Shown: in pieces, positions 10,735 through 21,486 of the stretch
Layout: the number at the start of each line of letters is the position of its first letter
How positions within the stretch are numbered: the first letter of the stretch is position 1
From: an uncultured Gammaproteobacteria bacterium
GTDB lineage: Bacteria > Pseudomonadota > Gammaproteobacteria > UBA9214
Reading direction: 5' to 3'
NCBI GenBank assembly: GCA_963773065.1
Contig: CAVYZN010000009.1
Location: 64,001 to 128,000, forward strand
Length of the DNA stretch: 64,000 bases
Position numbers and translations under genes: made by a program
Notes under the pieces: generated by a model
Databases searched by the model: none
What the model was told of the DNA's origin: nothing
The model's input: the letters and a program-made list of their open reading frames with translations, nothing else

Positions 10735-11461
10735 ATGATCAATCAATACACAAACGACAAAATACAACGCACCGAAAACGTTGACACACGACTTATTGCC
10801 TCAAGGTCTTGCGAAGCCGAAAACTGGAAAGAATATGTAGTCAATAAGCGCTGTTTCCTACACGGGCGTACCTATCTAATCGCAAAGAGAATCATAGACG
10901 TATCTATTATTCTGATGGTTGCGCCAATCTGGCTACCCATCTTTCTTCTCTGCGCGCTGTTAATCAAACTTGATTCCCCCAAGGACCCGGTGTTTTTCAA
11001 GCAATATCGCACCGGAAAAAACGGTCGGCGATTTGCCATGCTTAAATACCGGACTATGGTTACTAACGCTGAAGAATTGAAGGCAAGCCTCGCACATCAG
11101 AACCTACTTCAGTGGCCGGATTTCAAAGTCGTCAATGATCCCCGCATCACGACGGATCGGGAAATATTTGCGGAAAAGCAGTCTCGATGAATTACCACAG
11201 CTATTAAACGTATTGCGTGGAGATATGTCGCTTGTAGGTCCACGGCCAACATCTTTCGCAGCAGGTACCTATGAACTCTGGCAAAGCGAACGGCTCGATG
11301 TAACTCCCGGAATAACCGGATTGTGGCAAATCCTTGGGCGCGGGAGGATGGAGTTTACCGACCGCGTGCGCCTCGATATCCTCTACATCGAGAATCGCTG
11401 CTTATGGCTTGATATGAAGCTTTTATTCAGAACGTTCTTATCCCTGAACAAGGGATTCTGA
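10735..11461 (+). CDS. priming sugar transferase (Bac_transf family), frameshift near 11155
   Basis: [34 protein letters not shown] / [38 protein letters not shown]. Confidence 0.9.
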
Positions 11462-11497
11462 ATCAATCACCCTGCATTTTCGCCGGGACTAGGTGAT

Positions 11498-13024
11498 ATG
11501 ACGAGTATCAGCGGCGATCACAATACATTCCCCTCACTCTTACTTTGGGTAATGGTAGTGCTGGGAATCGGGGTCTCACTCGGTGTACTGGTTGGCGGCA
11601 TGACCAACCCTCTCCTGCTAATCGTTGTCATCGCAGGCATCGTGGCCGTCATCCTTATGTTTCAGAATATCGAACTGGCCCTTCTGGCGCTTGTATTCAT
11701 CACCTACACCATGCTCTCCGATGTGTTGGTTAACACTCACGGATTACCATCTATTACTAAGCCCATAATAGCGCTGCTTTTGCTGCTCCTGCTGGCACGC
11801 TGGTTTCTGCGCGGAGAGCCTCCTGCGGGAGGAGGGATCGCACTGGTACTTATGCTCGGCTACGGATTGCTCATTTCACTGTCGTTACTGTATGCGGTTG
11901 ATACCGACAGGACGGTAGAAAATATCTCAGAATTCGTCAAGAATGCGGCCATTGCTATTATCATTACCCTGATCCTCAAGCGCGGTGACACGCTACGTCA
12001 TGTATCCTACTCGATACTCGCAGGCGGAATTTTTCTCGGCACGATCAGCACCTATCAATACCTGACGGGAACGTTCGACAATGAATACTGGGGCTTTGGC
12101 CTGGCCAGGATCCAGGACATCGTTGGCGAACTGCAATCCTACCGGATTGGCGGTCCGATCGGTGATCCGAATTTCTACGGTCAAATGCTTTTGTTTGTGG
12201 TGCCATTGGCTGTTGATCGCCTGCGCAATGACAAAGAGAACCTCTGGCGTCTAATCGCTGCATGCGCGCTAGTTGTTACTCTCCTTTCAATTGCATTCAC
12301 CTTTTCCCGGGGTACATTCCTAGGCGCCGGCATCGTTCTGTTGCTGATGCTGGTGAAGGATCCGCCGCGTCCGGCGGTTACCGGAGCGATCCTCGCTCTG
12401 GCGGTTATTGCGCTTGTTGTGCTGATGCCACAGTATCTCGGGCGCATGTACACGCTCATCAGTACAATATTCCACATCAGCAACGACAGCAGCAGTTTAC
12501 AGGATACGGCAATCGAGGGACGTCTGGGTGAAATGCGCGTCGCCCTGGAGATTTTCCTTGACCATCCGCTGCTGGGTGTTGGTCTCGGCAACTATGAGCA
12601 TTATTACCAGCAATACAGCCTTCAGTTTGGTATTCCACAACGTGGCGTGGACCGCGCCGCACACAGCCTCTACCTGGAGCTTGCCGCTGAGCGGGGCTTG
12701 TTTGGATTAGGTGTGTACCTTGCCCTGATATGGTATATCTTTAGAACCATTTTGAGATCCGCAAGACAGTTGCGTGCAGCCGGTTTAACCACCTATGAAA
12801 ATATGTTCTACGCCTATGGTTATTCGCTGCTCGGTTATCTCGTTACTTCCGTGTTTCTGCATGAGCGGGCACGATTCACATGGGTCATATTGGGAATTTG
12901 CCTGTCATTTCCGGCAATTGCAGCATATGAGACATGGCGTGCTTCCAGTTCAACACGCAATGAAGGGGAGAATAAACGAAGAATTTCGCCCCGGGCTTTT
13001 TTCAGTGGAACCGATTGCGGGTAA
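11498..13024 (+). CDS. O-antigen ligase/polymerase (Wzy_C) family protein
   Basis: About 12 TM segments; R.GGPIGDPNFYG, TFSRG, DHPLLGVG.GNY, AHSLYLELAAERG. Confidence 0.85.
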   Translation: MTSISGDHNTFPSLLLWVMVVLGIGVSLGVLVGGMTNPLLLIVVIAGIVAVILMFQNIELALLALVFITYTMLSDVLVNTHGLPSITKPIIALLLLLLLARWFLRGEPPAGGGIALVLMLGYGLLISLSLLYAVDTDRTVENISEFVKNAAIAIIITLILKRGDTLRHVSYSILAGGIFLGTISTYQYLTGTFDNEYWGFGLARIQDIVGELQSYRIGGPIGDPNFYGQMLLFVVPLAVDRLRNDKENLWRLIAACALVVTLLSIAFTFSRGTFLGAGIVLLLMLVKDPPRPAVTGAILALAVIALVVLMPQYLGRMYTLISTIFHISNDSSSLQDTAIEGRLGEMRVALEIFLDHPLLGVGLGNYEHYYQQYSLQFGIPQRGVDRAAHSLYLELAAERGLFGLGVYLALIWYIFRTILRSARQLRAAGLTTYENMFYAYGYSLLGYLVTSVFLHERARFTWVILGICLSFPAIAAYETWRASSSTRNEGENKRRISPRAFFSGTDCG

Positions 13025-13104
13025 CGATCCCTAATCCCGGAAGCAAGTGAAAATGTCGTATTGATTCCAGTCCAGACGCAAAATATTCACAGGATAATCA
13101 TTAC

Positions 13105-14562
13105 ATGCTGACAACAATGCCATCAGTACCCAGCAGAAAGCTGACAACCATCCAACTGCTCGACATTCTGTTCAAGCATAAAACCATGATATCGGCCATG
13201 GTTATTGTCACCTCTGTTGTCACGATACTGGCCGCATATGTTTTACCCCGTGATTATGAGGCAGATGCGACCTTGATGATAAATGCCGGCAGGGAATACG
13301 TTTATCGTCCGGAAGTCGGGGAAGATAAGGCATATGCAGATAACCGCTACAAACTGGTTGAATTGGTCAACGCCGAAATACAGATCCTGAATAGCAGGGA
13401 TCTGAAACAGCAAGTCATAACCACTATTGGTATAGCCAACATATATCCCACGTTGGTTGATGAGGATAACCCTCTCGATAAGGCGATAGAGACATTTGGA
13501 AAGGCGCTGGATATCAAGTCAATTGTCGATTCCAGCATTATCCAATTATCGTTCACGCATCCAGATCCCGTTATCGCCGCCAAGGCGTTGAACCTTCTTG
13601 TTGATGTGAACAACCAGAAGCACCTCGATGTCTATCGAAATTCCGCAACGCCTTTCCTGGAAGAGCAGATGCACACTTCCGAGGAACAACTCAAATCTGC
13701 CGAGGAGAGGCTGGAAGAATTCCGGCAGCGCTATGGTGTTTATGATATAGAAAAACAAACCGAACTCTTGCTCAGTCAACGCAGTGATCTAGAAAGAACT
13801 CTCAACAGTGTTGAAAACGAAATCAAGGAACTCGAACAAAAGGACATCGCTTTACAAGAGCAAATGAAGGGGATGCCAAAAAATGTCCCTATGTATTCAG
13901 AAACCCAAACTAACGATGTCAATTCAGAATCGAAAGCGAGACTGCTGGAACTCCAGATGGAAGAGCAGCAGTTACTGGGCAAATACACCGAGAACAGCCG
14001 ACTGGTGCAGAATATTAGGGATGAAATCAACAGCGCAAAGAATTTAATAGCAGCACAGAGTAACGCCAACACCGGTGTGGTCCGAACGGGAAAGAATCCG
14101 GTACTTGAGAACATCGAACTCGAGAGCATCCGTACGAAGGCCACACTGCAATCCCTGTTTGCCAAGAGGGATGCAATCAAGCAACAGCTAGAGCAACTCA
14201 ATTTGCAGTTAAAGGACATTGACACCCGACAGAATGAAGTCAGGGCACTCGAACGCGATGTAAGCGCCCGAGAGAAGAACTACAATGACTACCAGCAAAA
14301 GCTGGTAGAAGCCCAATCGGATACTGCACTTGACCGCATGAAAAGCACAAGTATACGCATTGTCCAGTCTGCGGATGTGCCCATTAAACCACTTGGTCTG
14401 CCCAACAAGATCAAGCTGGCGCTGGGGATGATGTTTGGATTGTTCGCGGGTATCTGCCTTGCATTCATAGCAGAAATCAAGCAACGCCGGCTTTCCAATG
14501 CCTACGCTGTGGAACATCGCCTGCAGTTGCCGGTTCTTACTGTATTACCCGAAAGGGAATAG
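13105..14562 (+). CDS. polysaccharide chain-length determinant (GumC / Wzc periplasmic part)
   Basis: N- and C-terminal TM helices flanking a long coiled coil; YEADATLMI, VNAEIQILNSRDL, LQLPVLTVLP. Confidence 0.85.
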   Translation: MLTTMPSVPSRKLTTIQLLDILFKHKTMISAMVIVTSVVTILAAYVLPRDYEADATLMINAGREYVYRPEVGEDKAYADNRYKLVELVNAEIQILNSRDLKQQVITTIGIANIYPTLVDEDNPLDKAIETFGKALDIKSIVDSSIIQLSFTHPDPVIAAKALNLLVDVNNQKHLDVYRNSATPFLEEQMHTSEEQLKSAEERLEEFRQRYGVYDIEKQTELLLSQRSDLERTLNSVENEIKELEQKDIALQEQMKGMPKNVPMYSETQTNDVNSESKARLLELQMEEQQLLGKYTENSRLVQNIRDEINSAKNLIAAQSNANTGVVRTGKNPVLENIELESIRTKATLQSLFAKRDAIKQQLEQLNLQLKDIDTRQNEVRALERDVSAREKNYNDYQQKLVEAQSDTALDRMKSTSIRIVQSADVPIKPLGLPNKIKLALGMMFGLFAGICLAFIAEIKQRRLSNAYAVEHRLQLPVLTVLPERE

Positions 14563-14614
14563 ATAGCTGCTCATACTAATGTGCTTATATTGATCGGTCT
14601 GCCTAGTAAGCGTT

Positions 14615-15535
14615 ATGTATGCAAACTTCTACAAGTTGCGCAAGGAACCGTTCAATGTAACACCGGATCCAACTTTTCTTTATTTAAGCTCAAGTCATAA
14701 GGAAGCAATAGCCGCTCTGCTCTACGGCATCAAGTCACGCAAGGGTTTCATCGCAATTCTGGGCGAAGTTGGTACCGGCAAGACCACCATAGTAAGGACT
14801 TACCTTAATTCGATCAACAGAGGCCAAATAAAACTGATCTATCTGTTCAATCCCAACTTGACTTTCAATGCCTTATTGAGAGACCTGCTTGCGGAGTTCG
14901 ACGTCAAACCCGTAAACGATGAAAGTAACAAGATGATTGCGCAACTGCATCGGTGTCTCATTGATCAGTACAGGAAAGGACGTAATGTTACACTGATCAT
15001 TGACGAGGCTCAGAACATGCCATTGCCGACACTAGAGTCGCTGCGCATGTTATCCAACCTGGAAACCACCAGGGAGAAACTCCTGCAGATAGTCCTGGTT
15101 GGTCAACCAGAACTGGAAGACATGCTCATACGCCATGAACTGCGTCAACTGCGGAATCGGATTGCGATCCTTGCGAAGATTCATCCACTGAGCGAAAAGG
15201 AAAGCTACGAATACATTCAGAGCCGGGTGGACAAGGTATCCCTGAAAAAGAACAACAGGCTATTCACCAACGATGCCCTGCGTCTAATCGTCAAACGCGC
15301 CCAGGGTATACCGCGCACGATCAATATACTATGCGACAATGCCTTGATCACCGGCTATGGCTATCAGTCCAGCGTAATCACCGCCGGCATAGTCAAGGAG
15401 ATTATCGCCGATCGAGAAGGCCGTCGGTTGCCGAGGAGGAACGCCTTGGTTAACGCCATCGGCATATTAGGACTCCTCGCCGGCCTTTATTGGGTAATCA
15501 CCATTCTTGCCCGTCAGTTGGAGAAACTGATATAG
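14615..15535 (+). CDS. ExeA/GspA-like AAA ATPase
   Basis: MYANFYKLRKEPFNVTPDP, GEVGTGKT, IIDEAQN, LQIVLVGQPEL, GIPRTINILCDNAL; C-terminal TM helix. Confidence 0.9.
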   Translation: MYANFYKLRKEPFNVTPDPTFLYLSSSHKEAIAALLYGIKSRKGFIAILGEVGTGKTTIVRTYLNSINRGQIKLIYLFNPNLTFNALLRDLLAEFDVKPVNDESNKMIAQLHRCLIDQYRKGRNVTLIIDEAQNMPLPTLESLRMLSNLETTREKLLQIVLVGQPELEDMLIRHELRQLRNRIAILAKIHPLSEKESYEYIQSRVDKVSLKKNNRLFTNDALRLIVKRAQGIPRTINILCDNALITGYGYQSSVITAGIVKEIIADREGRRLPRRNALVNAIGILGLLAGLYWVITILARQLEKLI

Positions 15536-15735
15536 GCGATTCTGCGGTGATACCATGCTGTTGATGCACAACGTCGTCTAAAGGTAAATGCTACCATGTC
15601 GAAATCAACACAAGACACGGCCATTCAACGAGCACCTGATTTCAATTTAGTCAACCTCTTGCTACTTGTGTTGGACCAAACTCCGCGGGCAGCCGGGACG
15701 CAATGCTCGTATACGCCAGATCAGGGATCGCCTAG

Positions 15736-16632
15736 ATGAGCAAAATATTCGAAGCACTTGAACACGCCAGGCGTGAAGGGGCCACGTACGATGTGCCCGT
15801 GGATGATGAATTCATCAATGAAGCTCGTCCGGAATTTGTACAGCCTGAAGTGATCGTGGAACCCGATCGTGTGGACCGGGATGTCATCCTTGAACCGCAT
15901 CGTGAACCTATCCAACCTGAAATGGATGAGGCGGATGTCTTCGCGGAGGAGGAGGTAGCTCGTGAAACCCATCCTCCCCTGGATTACCGCTTTGAGGTCG
16001 AAGATGCGATCTTTGCTCTTTATCAGCGCATCGATGCAATACTTCCGTTGAATACCCGACGCATAATACAGTTCATCGGTCCCCAGGGTGAGGAAGATGT
16101 CTCCTCAGTGGCACGCGGCTTTGCCTACGTTGCAGTCAAATCCGGAAAGTCCGTACTTCTGATTGAAGGTGATCAAAAGAATCACCATCAGAGGCGTTTT
16201 TTTAATATAAAAAACGCCGTCTCATGGATGGAAGTCGCGAATAACAGCGAAGCATTTCCAGATGCAATCAACCAGATTGGTGACATACCCTTATATGTGA
16301 GCACCAATGGAGACACGCACACCAAATCGCCACAAACCGCATTGCCCAAGGCGTTTGAAGCATTCGCCCGAGGCGTAGGTGAAGCCTATGATCTGTTGGT
16401 GGTCGACTCCAGCCCGATCCAGAGCACGAATGACGGCTTGCTGTTATCCCCCATGATGGATGGAGTCGTGCTCATCGTCGAAGCGAACAGGACAATGGGT
16501 GATGCTGCAGAAGAAATCAAGAACAGAATCATGAGAAGTGGAGGCAATCTGCTCGGGGTTGTGGTGAGCCGAGAGCGGCACTATCTGCCTGGTTTACTTG
16601 CCAAACATGTATTGCCAAAGCAGCGGAAATGA
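15736..16632 (+). CDS. CpsD/CapB (BY-kinase)-like protein with a degenerate Walker A
   Basis: MSKIFEALE N-terminus; VLLIEGD, YDLLVVDSSP, DGVVLIVEA.RT, LLGVV; Walker A position reads GPQGEEDVSS. Confidence 0.75.
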   Translation: MSKIFEALEHARREGATYDVPVDDEFINEARPEFVQPEVIVEPDRVDRDVILEPHREPIQPEMDEADVFAEEEVARETHPPLDYRFEVEDAIFALYQRIDAILPLNTRRIIQFIGPQGEEDVSSVARGFAYVAVKSGKSVLLIEGDQKNHHQRRFFNIKNAVSWMEVANNSEAFPDAINQIGDIPLYVSTNGDTHTKSPQTALPKAFEAFARGVGEAYDLLVVDSSPIQSTNDGLLLSPMMDGVVLIVEANRTMGDAAEEIKNRIMRSGGNLLGVVVSRERHYLPGLLAKHVLPKQRK

Positions 16633-16859
16633 AAGCGTGGAACAATATTAATCATGAATGGTGAAATTCCTGAATTTTACCCTTCGATTTGATTTTTATA
16701 ATCCAGTTACAATCCGAGTCAAATCAAGTTCCTTAGCAGAATCAATCTGCAGATTCCACTAATGAGCATCCATTGATTTGGTTTTTAATATGTCTCACTT
16801 GTTTCGACAGGGAATAGGCTAAATTTAAAAATGGGTTTGGCGAGTCGAAGGACAATGGT

Positions 16860-17690
16860 GTGCGCGAAGATCAGAAACGGACACGTTACATCATTATAGG
16901 TCCGAACCGGTCGGGGACTACGGTCGTTCACTTGGCGGTGGAAGGCCACCCCAATGCCACCGCACTGAGTGACGAGATGCGCGTGTCCACATTTTTCACT
17001 AGGGGGATCCGAGCGTTTACATACGGCAGCGAGTTGCCGGAGGAAAGACAACGCGGCTTTTCCGCGCTGTTCGATGCAATCACCTTACTGCGGGGGAGTC
17101 CGGATACAATGGCGTATGGGGCCAAGGTCGCGACCAATTCACCCCGCTTGGCACGCGTCATCGTGGAGACATTGCAAGACAGCCTTCCGGACATGAAGGT
17201 TATCATCATGGCTAGGAGAGATCTCGTTGCCCAGTATGGATCTCTATTACATATGCGGAGATCGGGCATCCTGCACTCCTGGTATGAGGGCTTCAAGACT
17301 CTCAAGGTTCGCAAGATGCGAATCAGCAAATGGCGATTCCTGACTTACTGTATCGGTATCGAGGGAATGTACCGGACGCTTCTAGACCTGAAGGCGACGC
17401 ACGACGTCCTCGACGTTGAGTTTGAAGACCTGTTAAGCAACCCGAGTGTCATGTACGCCAGGCTTTTCCAATTTCTGGGCCTACCGGCAGTGGAGCCGAA
17501 CTGGGTCGACTCCAAGAAAGTGTTGCCACCGCCGGATCGCTACATCAAGAACTACGCGCAGCTTAGGGTGCTATTGGAGAAGTTCAGGCAGGGTAACTTG
17601 CCTGCATCAAGTTTGTGGGTGCCTGAATTCCTGGCCAATTCATATGAACGGTTGCGGTACCTGAAACAAAGGTATCTCCTTCGTATCTAG
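16860..17690 (+). CDS. sulfotransferase family protein
   Basis: 5'-PSB loop IIIGPNRSGTT; KVIIMARRDLVAQYGS; VEFEDLL...LFQFLGL. Confidence 0.75.
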   Translation: MREDQKRTRYIIIGPNRSGTTVVHLAVEGHPNATALSDEMRVSTFFTRGIRAFTYGSELPEERQRGFSALFDAITLLRGSPDTMAYGAKVATNSPRLARVIVETLQDSLPDMKVIIMARRDLVAQYGSLLHMRRSGILHSWYEGFKTLKVRKMRISKWRFLTYCIGIEGMYRTLLDLKATHDVLDVEFEDLLSNPSVMYARLFQFLGLPAVEPNWVDSKKVLPPPDRYIKNYAQLRVLLEKFRQGNLPASSLWVPEFLANSYERLRYLKQRYLLRI

Positions 17691-17811
17691 CGGTTCGAAT
17701 GGCATCTGTTATGATGTCCGTGTCGCGTTGTTACTCGGTTCTTATCTTCGCCAGAGTATGCGGCAGCTCCTCACGCCTGCAAAGCCCAAAGCGCGATGCA
17801 GTTGTCATAGT

Positions 17812-19206
17812 TCAGCGATTCGCCAACGGCGTTTCCTCGATTAATCCCCCCTGCAGCCCGATGATAAGCCTCTCGTGTATACCTCCGAACCCGCCGTTGC
17901 TCATCACCAGGATATGGTCCCCCGCTCGGGCTTCGCGGACGATTTCATCGACGATGGCCTCCACGCTGCCGCTGACACTCGCCGGCACACCGGCCGCTTG
18001 CGCCACATCCGACAGCGACCAGGCAAGATCGCCGGGTTCATGCATCCAGATGCGGTCCGCCCCCTGCATCGAGGCCGCCAGAGTACCGCTGTGCACCCCC
18101 ATACGCATGGTATTGGAACGCGGTTCCAGCACCAGCAGGATACGCGCCTGACCGACCCGCTGGCGCAGGCCCTGCAGGGTGGTGGCAATGGCCGTCGGAT
18201 GATGGGCGAAATCATCATAGACCGTCACCCCGTTGACGCAGCCGCGTATCTCCATGCGGCGTTTGACCCCCTGGAATTCCGCCAGGGCCGCGATGGCCAC
18301 CGGCACCCGCACACCCGCGTGACGGGCGGCGGCGATAGCGGCCAGCGCGTTGTGCATATTGTGCTCCCCGAGCTGATCCCAGTTGACCGTGCCGGCCAGG
18401 CGGCCCTCCAACAGGACATCGAAGCGGCTGCCATCAGCGGACTGCCGGCGCACCTGCCACAGGGCCGCACGGCCACCAGTGGCTACTATCTCCCGCGGTG
18501 TCCAGCAGCCCATGGCCAGCACCTCGGCCAGGTTGGCATCGTCCCCGTTCTCGATAATCAAGCCGTTGCCGGGGATGGTGCGTACCAGGTGATGGAACTG
18601 GCGTTTTATCGCCGCTAGGTCGGGAAAGATATCGGCATGGTCAAATTCGAGATTGTTCAACACCAGCGTGCGCGGCCGGTAGTGCACGAACTTGGAGCGC
18701 TTGTCGAAGAAGGCCGTGTCGTACTCGTCCGCCTCGACGACAAAGTAAGGGCCTTTGCCAAGGCGCGCCGAGACGCCGAAATTGGCGGGGATGCCGCCGA
18801 TCAGAAAGCCAGGGGACAAACCGGCATATTCCAGGATCCACGTCAGCAGGCTCGCCGTGGAGGTCTTGCCGTGCGTGCCGGCCACCGCGAGCACCCAGCG
18901 ATCCGCAAGCACGTGTTCCGCCAGCCATTGCGGTCCCGAAGTATAGGCCAACCCTGCATTCAACACGTGTTCGACAGCGGGGTTGCCGCGTGAGAGCGCG
19001 TTACCGATGACCACCTGATCGGGCGCCGGATTCAAGTGGGATGGCTCATAACCTTCATGCAGGCCGATGCCCTGTTCCGTCAATTGAGTGCTCATGGGCG
19101 GGTAGACATTGGCATCCGAGCCGCTGACCCGAACACCCTGTGCGCGGGCCAGCAGCGCAATGCCGCCCATGAACGTACCGCAGATTCCGAGGATATGGAT
19201 ATGCAT
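17812..19206 (-). CDS. mpl: murein peptide ligase
   Basis: MHIHILGICGTFMGG, VAGTHGKTST, EADEYDTAFFDKRSKF, DDFAHHPTAI, EPRSNTM. Confidence 0.97.
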   Translation of the reverse strand: MHIHILGICGTFMGGIALLARAQGVRVSGSDANVYPPMSTQLTEQGIGLHEGYEPSHLNPAPDQVVIGNALSRGNPAVEHVLNAGLAYTSGPQWLAEHVLADRWVLAVAGTHGKTSTASLLTWILEYAGLSPGFLIGGIPANFGVSARLGKGPYFVVEADEYDTAFFDKRSKFVHYRPRTLVLNNLEFDHADIFPDLAAIKRQFHHLVRTIPGNGLIIENGDDANLAEVLAMGCWTPREIVATGGRAALWQVRRQSADGSRFDVLLEGRLAGTVNWDQLGEHNMHNALAAIAAARHAGVRVPVAIAALAEFQGVKRRMEIRGCVNGVTVYDDFAHHPTAIATTLQGLRQRVGQARILLVLEPRSNTMRMGVHSGTLAASMQGADRIWMHEPGDLAWSLSDVAQAAGVPASVSGSVEAIVDEIVREARAGDHILVMSNGGFGGIHERLIIGLQGGLIEETPLANR

Positions 19207-19725
19207 TCAGGCCACACTCAGGGGAAATAACGCATTGATGATCTGCATGGCCACCAGTGTATACAGCATGGCCACGCCTATCGCCACTGGGAGGTTAATC
19301 GACAGGGCATGGCGCATGATATGCGCCACCACGATGAGACTCCAGCCGAACAGCAACAGCCAGAACAGGCTGGCCAGCAAAGGTTGTTGCTTGGTTTCCT
19401 GATCCGGCAACAGTAACGGCATCACTGGCAGGGCAAGCAGCCCGAGCAGCGTTCCGGTGCCGGCCAGTGCCGTGAGTGTCTGGTTCAACCGCGCCATCTT
19501 GCCGAGAAAATAGAGCAATGCGATGGTAAACATGATCAGCAGGACAGCATCCACCAGCGCCATCTGTACGGCGGTAACAAGCGGATAACCGGGTAGTGAC
19601 AGCAGAAAAGACACAAGGGTGTAGCTCGCAAGAGCCAGCCCCAGCAACTCTCGTGAGGCCGGCAGATCCTGCGGTCCGGCGCGCAACAGGCAGATATCAA
19701 ACCAGATAGTGAGCAGTCGCGACAT
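19207..19725 (-). CDS. hypothetical membrane protein
   Basis: 5 TM segments; ICLLRAGPQDLP motif; lies between adk and mpl. Confidence 0.75.
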   Translation of the reverse strand: MSRLLTIWFDICLLRAGPQDLPASRELLGLALASYTLVSFLLSLPGYPLVTAVQMALVDAVLLIMFTIALLYFLGKMARLNQTLTALAGTGTLLGLLALPVMPLLLPDQETKQQPLLASLFWLLLFGWSLIVVAHIMRHALSINLPVAIGVAMLYTLVAMQIINALFPLSVA

Positions 19726-19814
19726 CTAACTCAGTGATTTCTCGCAAATTCACTATGGAGTCGCGATGGTAAAGCAGGCAATCCTATTGCAAGGAATGAA
19801 TCCGATGACTGATT

Positions 19815-20846
19815 TTATTTGGCGGCTGTTTTCCTGGCCGCCACCGTCTTCTTTTGCGCGCTCTTCTTCAGTACGACCTTGCTGGGAACCATTTTCTTGG
19901 GGGCCGGTTTCCTGGAATTTGACGTCCCGGTCGGTGACTTCGCTGTGGACGACTTCCTGGGGGTTGCCTTTGTTGGCAGCGCTTTCCCGGTTGCTGCCTG
20001 CTTGGTTGTTGCCTTCTTGCCCGTTGCCTTTTTGGAAACCGCCTTTTTTGGCGTTGCTTTACGAAAGTCCGTCTTTCCTGGCGTCGATCTCCGCGGAGCG
20101 GCCGCTTCCGGCTTGCTTGTCGCCTCCTCCGATGCGACCTGTTGCCTGGCGATGGCGCGCCGGATCACGTCCGCGCGCGACTCGCTCCTGGCACGCGCCC
20201 TTACGTCTTCCACTATCTTGCGCACCGCCCTGAAAATATCGGAGATTTCGCCGACGCCCTGCACGGTACGCAATTTGTCCTGCCCCCTGTAGTACTCGAT
20301 AACTGACAAGGTGTGCATCTCATAGATGCGCAGACGGTTACCGATGGTTTCCTCGTTATCGTCCGCCCGGTGGCGCAGCCTGCCCCCGCACGCGTCGCAA
20401 CGCCCATCAATGCGGGGGGGAAAATAATAGACGTTATACACCTGACCGCAGGACAGACAGGTCCGTCGCCCGACCAGTCGCTGCAGCAGGGCATCGACAT
20501 CCACGGCCAGCAACAAAGCCAGATCCAGGGGACGCCCCAGTCCGCCGAGCAGCTGATCGAGTACTTCCGCCTGCGCCAGGTTGCGGGGAAAACCGTCCAG
20601 AATGAAACCGTTGCGTGCATCGGGGCGAATTATCCGTTCCTGGACGATGCCCAGAACGATGTCATCGCCCACCAGTTGCCCGGCGTCCATGGCCAGTTTC
20701 GCCTGGCGTCCAAGTGCGGAACCGGAGGCCACCGCCTCACGCAGCAGATCACCGGTGGCTATTTGCGGAGTCTTGTAACGCTCGGCGAGGAGTTCGGCCT
20801 GGGTGCCCTTGCCAGACCCGGGCGCACCGAGCAGTACGATTCTCAT
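19815..20846 (-). CDS. adk: adenylate kinase with a zinc-lid and a long Lys/Ala-rich C-terminal tail
   Basis: GAPGSGKGTQA, TGDLLR, GFILDGFPR, CxxC...CxxC lid, RADDNEET; roughly 120 aa of extra basic tail. Confidence 0.95.
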   Translation of the reverse strand: MRIVLLGAPGSGKGTQAELLAERYKTPQIATGDLLREAVASGSALGRQAKLAMDAGQLVGDDIVLGIVQERIIRPDARNGFILDGFPRNLAQAEVLDQLLGGLGRPLDLALLLAVDVDALLQRLVGRRTCLSCGQVYNVYYFPPRIDGRCDACGGRLRHRADDNEETIGNRLRIYEMHTLSVIEYYRGQDKLRTVQGVGEISDIFRAVRKIVEDVRARARSESRADVIRRAIARQQVASEEATSKPEAAAPRRSTPGKTDFRKATPKKAVSKKATGKKATTKQAATGKALPTKATPRKSSTAKSPTGTSNSRKPAPKKMVPSKVVLKKSAQKKTVAARKTAAK

Positions 20847-21082
20847 GTTGCCATTCCCCCCGCTATCATGTTGATTTTCCTAAGCTGGTGTAACAATGAA
20901 GTTTTTTTGAATAGGAACATATAATAATTTGCATGGCCGAAATGCAAAACAGCGTTTAAGCTACCCCCAGCTACGGGTAGAAGTCAACGAAGTTCATGAA
21001 ATAAATAAAGTTTTGAGCTAGAATCTGGCACCCTTGAAAAGCGCTAACCTGCCTGCCCGCCAACCGAGCCCAACTACCCAGC

Positions 21083-21425
21083 ATGAGCCAGATTGCCGAT
21101 TTCACGGAAAGTGAAATGTGGATCATTAAAACCACGCTCGCGGAGCGCTACCACGAAGCCGTGGAGCCGCAGCTCGCGGACAGCGAGCTGCGGCTCGATC
21201 CCTATTCCAGTGAGCTTACCCCAGTGTCCGGTGGCTTACTGGGAAAAAGATGGCTGCCACTTCGTTGTGTTCAAGACCGGAGCCCACAACTACCGCTGCC
21301 AGTTCTATTACCGGGTTCATCAAATGTTCGGCACCGGGATCGAGGAATTCGACGACCTCTCCGAATGCATGGTGACCCTGTTGCAGGTTCAAGCCGACCA
21401 TGCGGCCAAACTTGCGGGACATTAA
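21083..21425 (+). CDS. conserved hypothetical protein, frameshift near 21225
   Basis: MSQIADFTESEMW..TLAERY..ADSELRL joins CPVAYWEKDGCHFVVFKTG..YRCQFYYR...LLQVQADH. Confidence 0.65.
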
Positions 21426-21486
21426 CCGCCAACTATGCGAATTGCATATCATGCCAGCAATACCAAATTCAAAGGGAGAACAGTAG

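Noticed and set aside
9047-17690. PEP-CTERM/exosortase system
   Set aside because: The ExeA-like ATPase and kinase-like gene are suggestive, but no exosortase, PrsT or PEP-CTERM tail is present in the window
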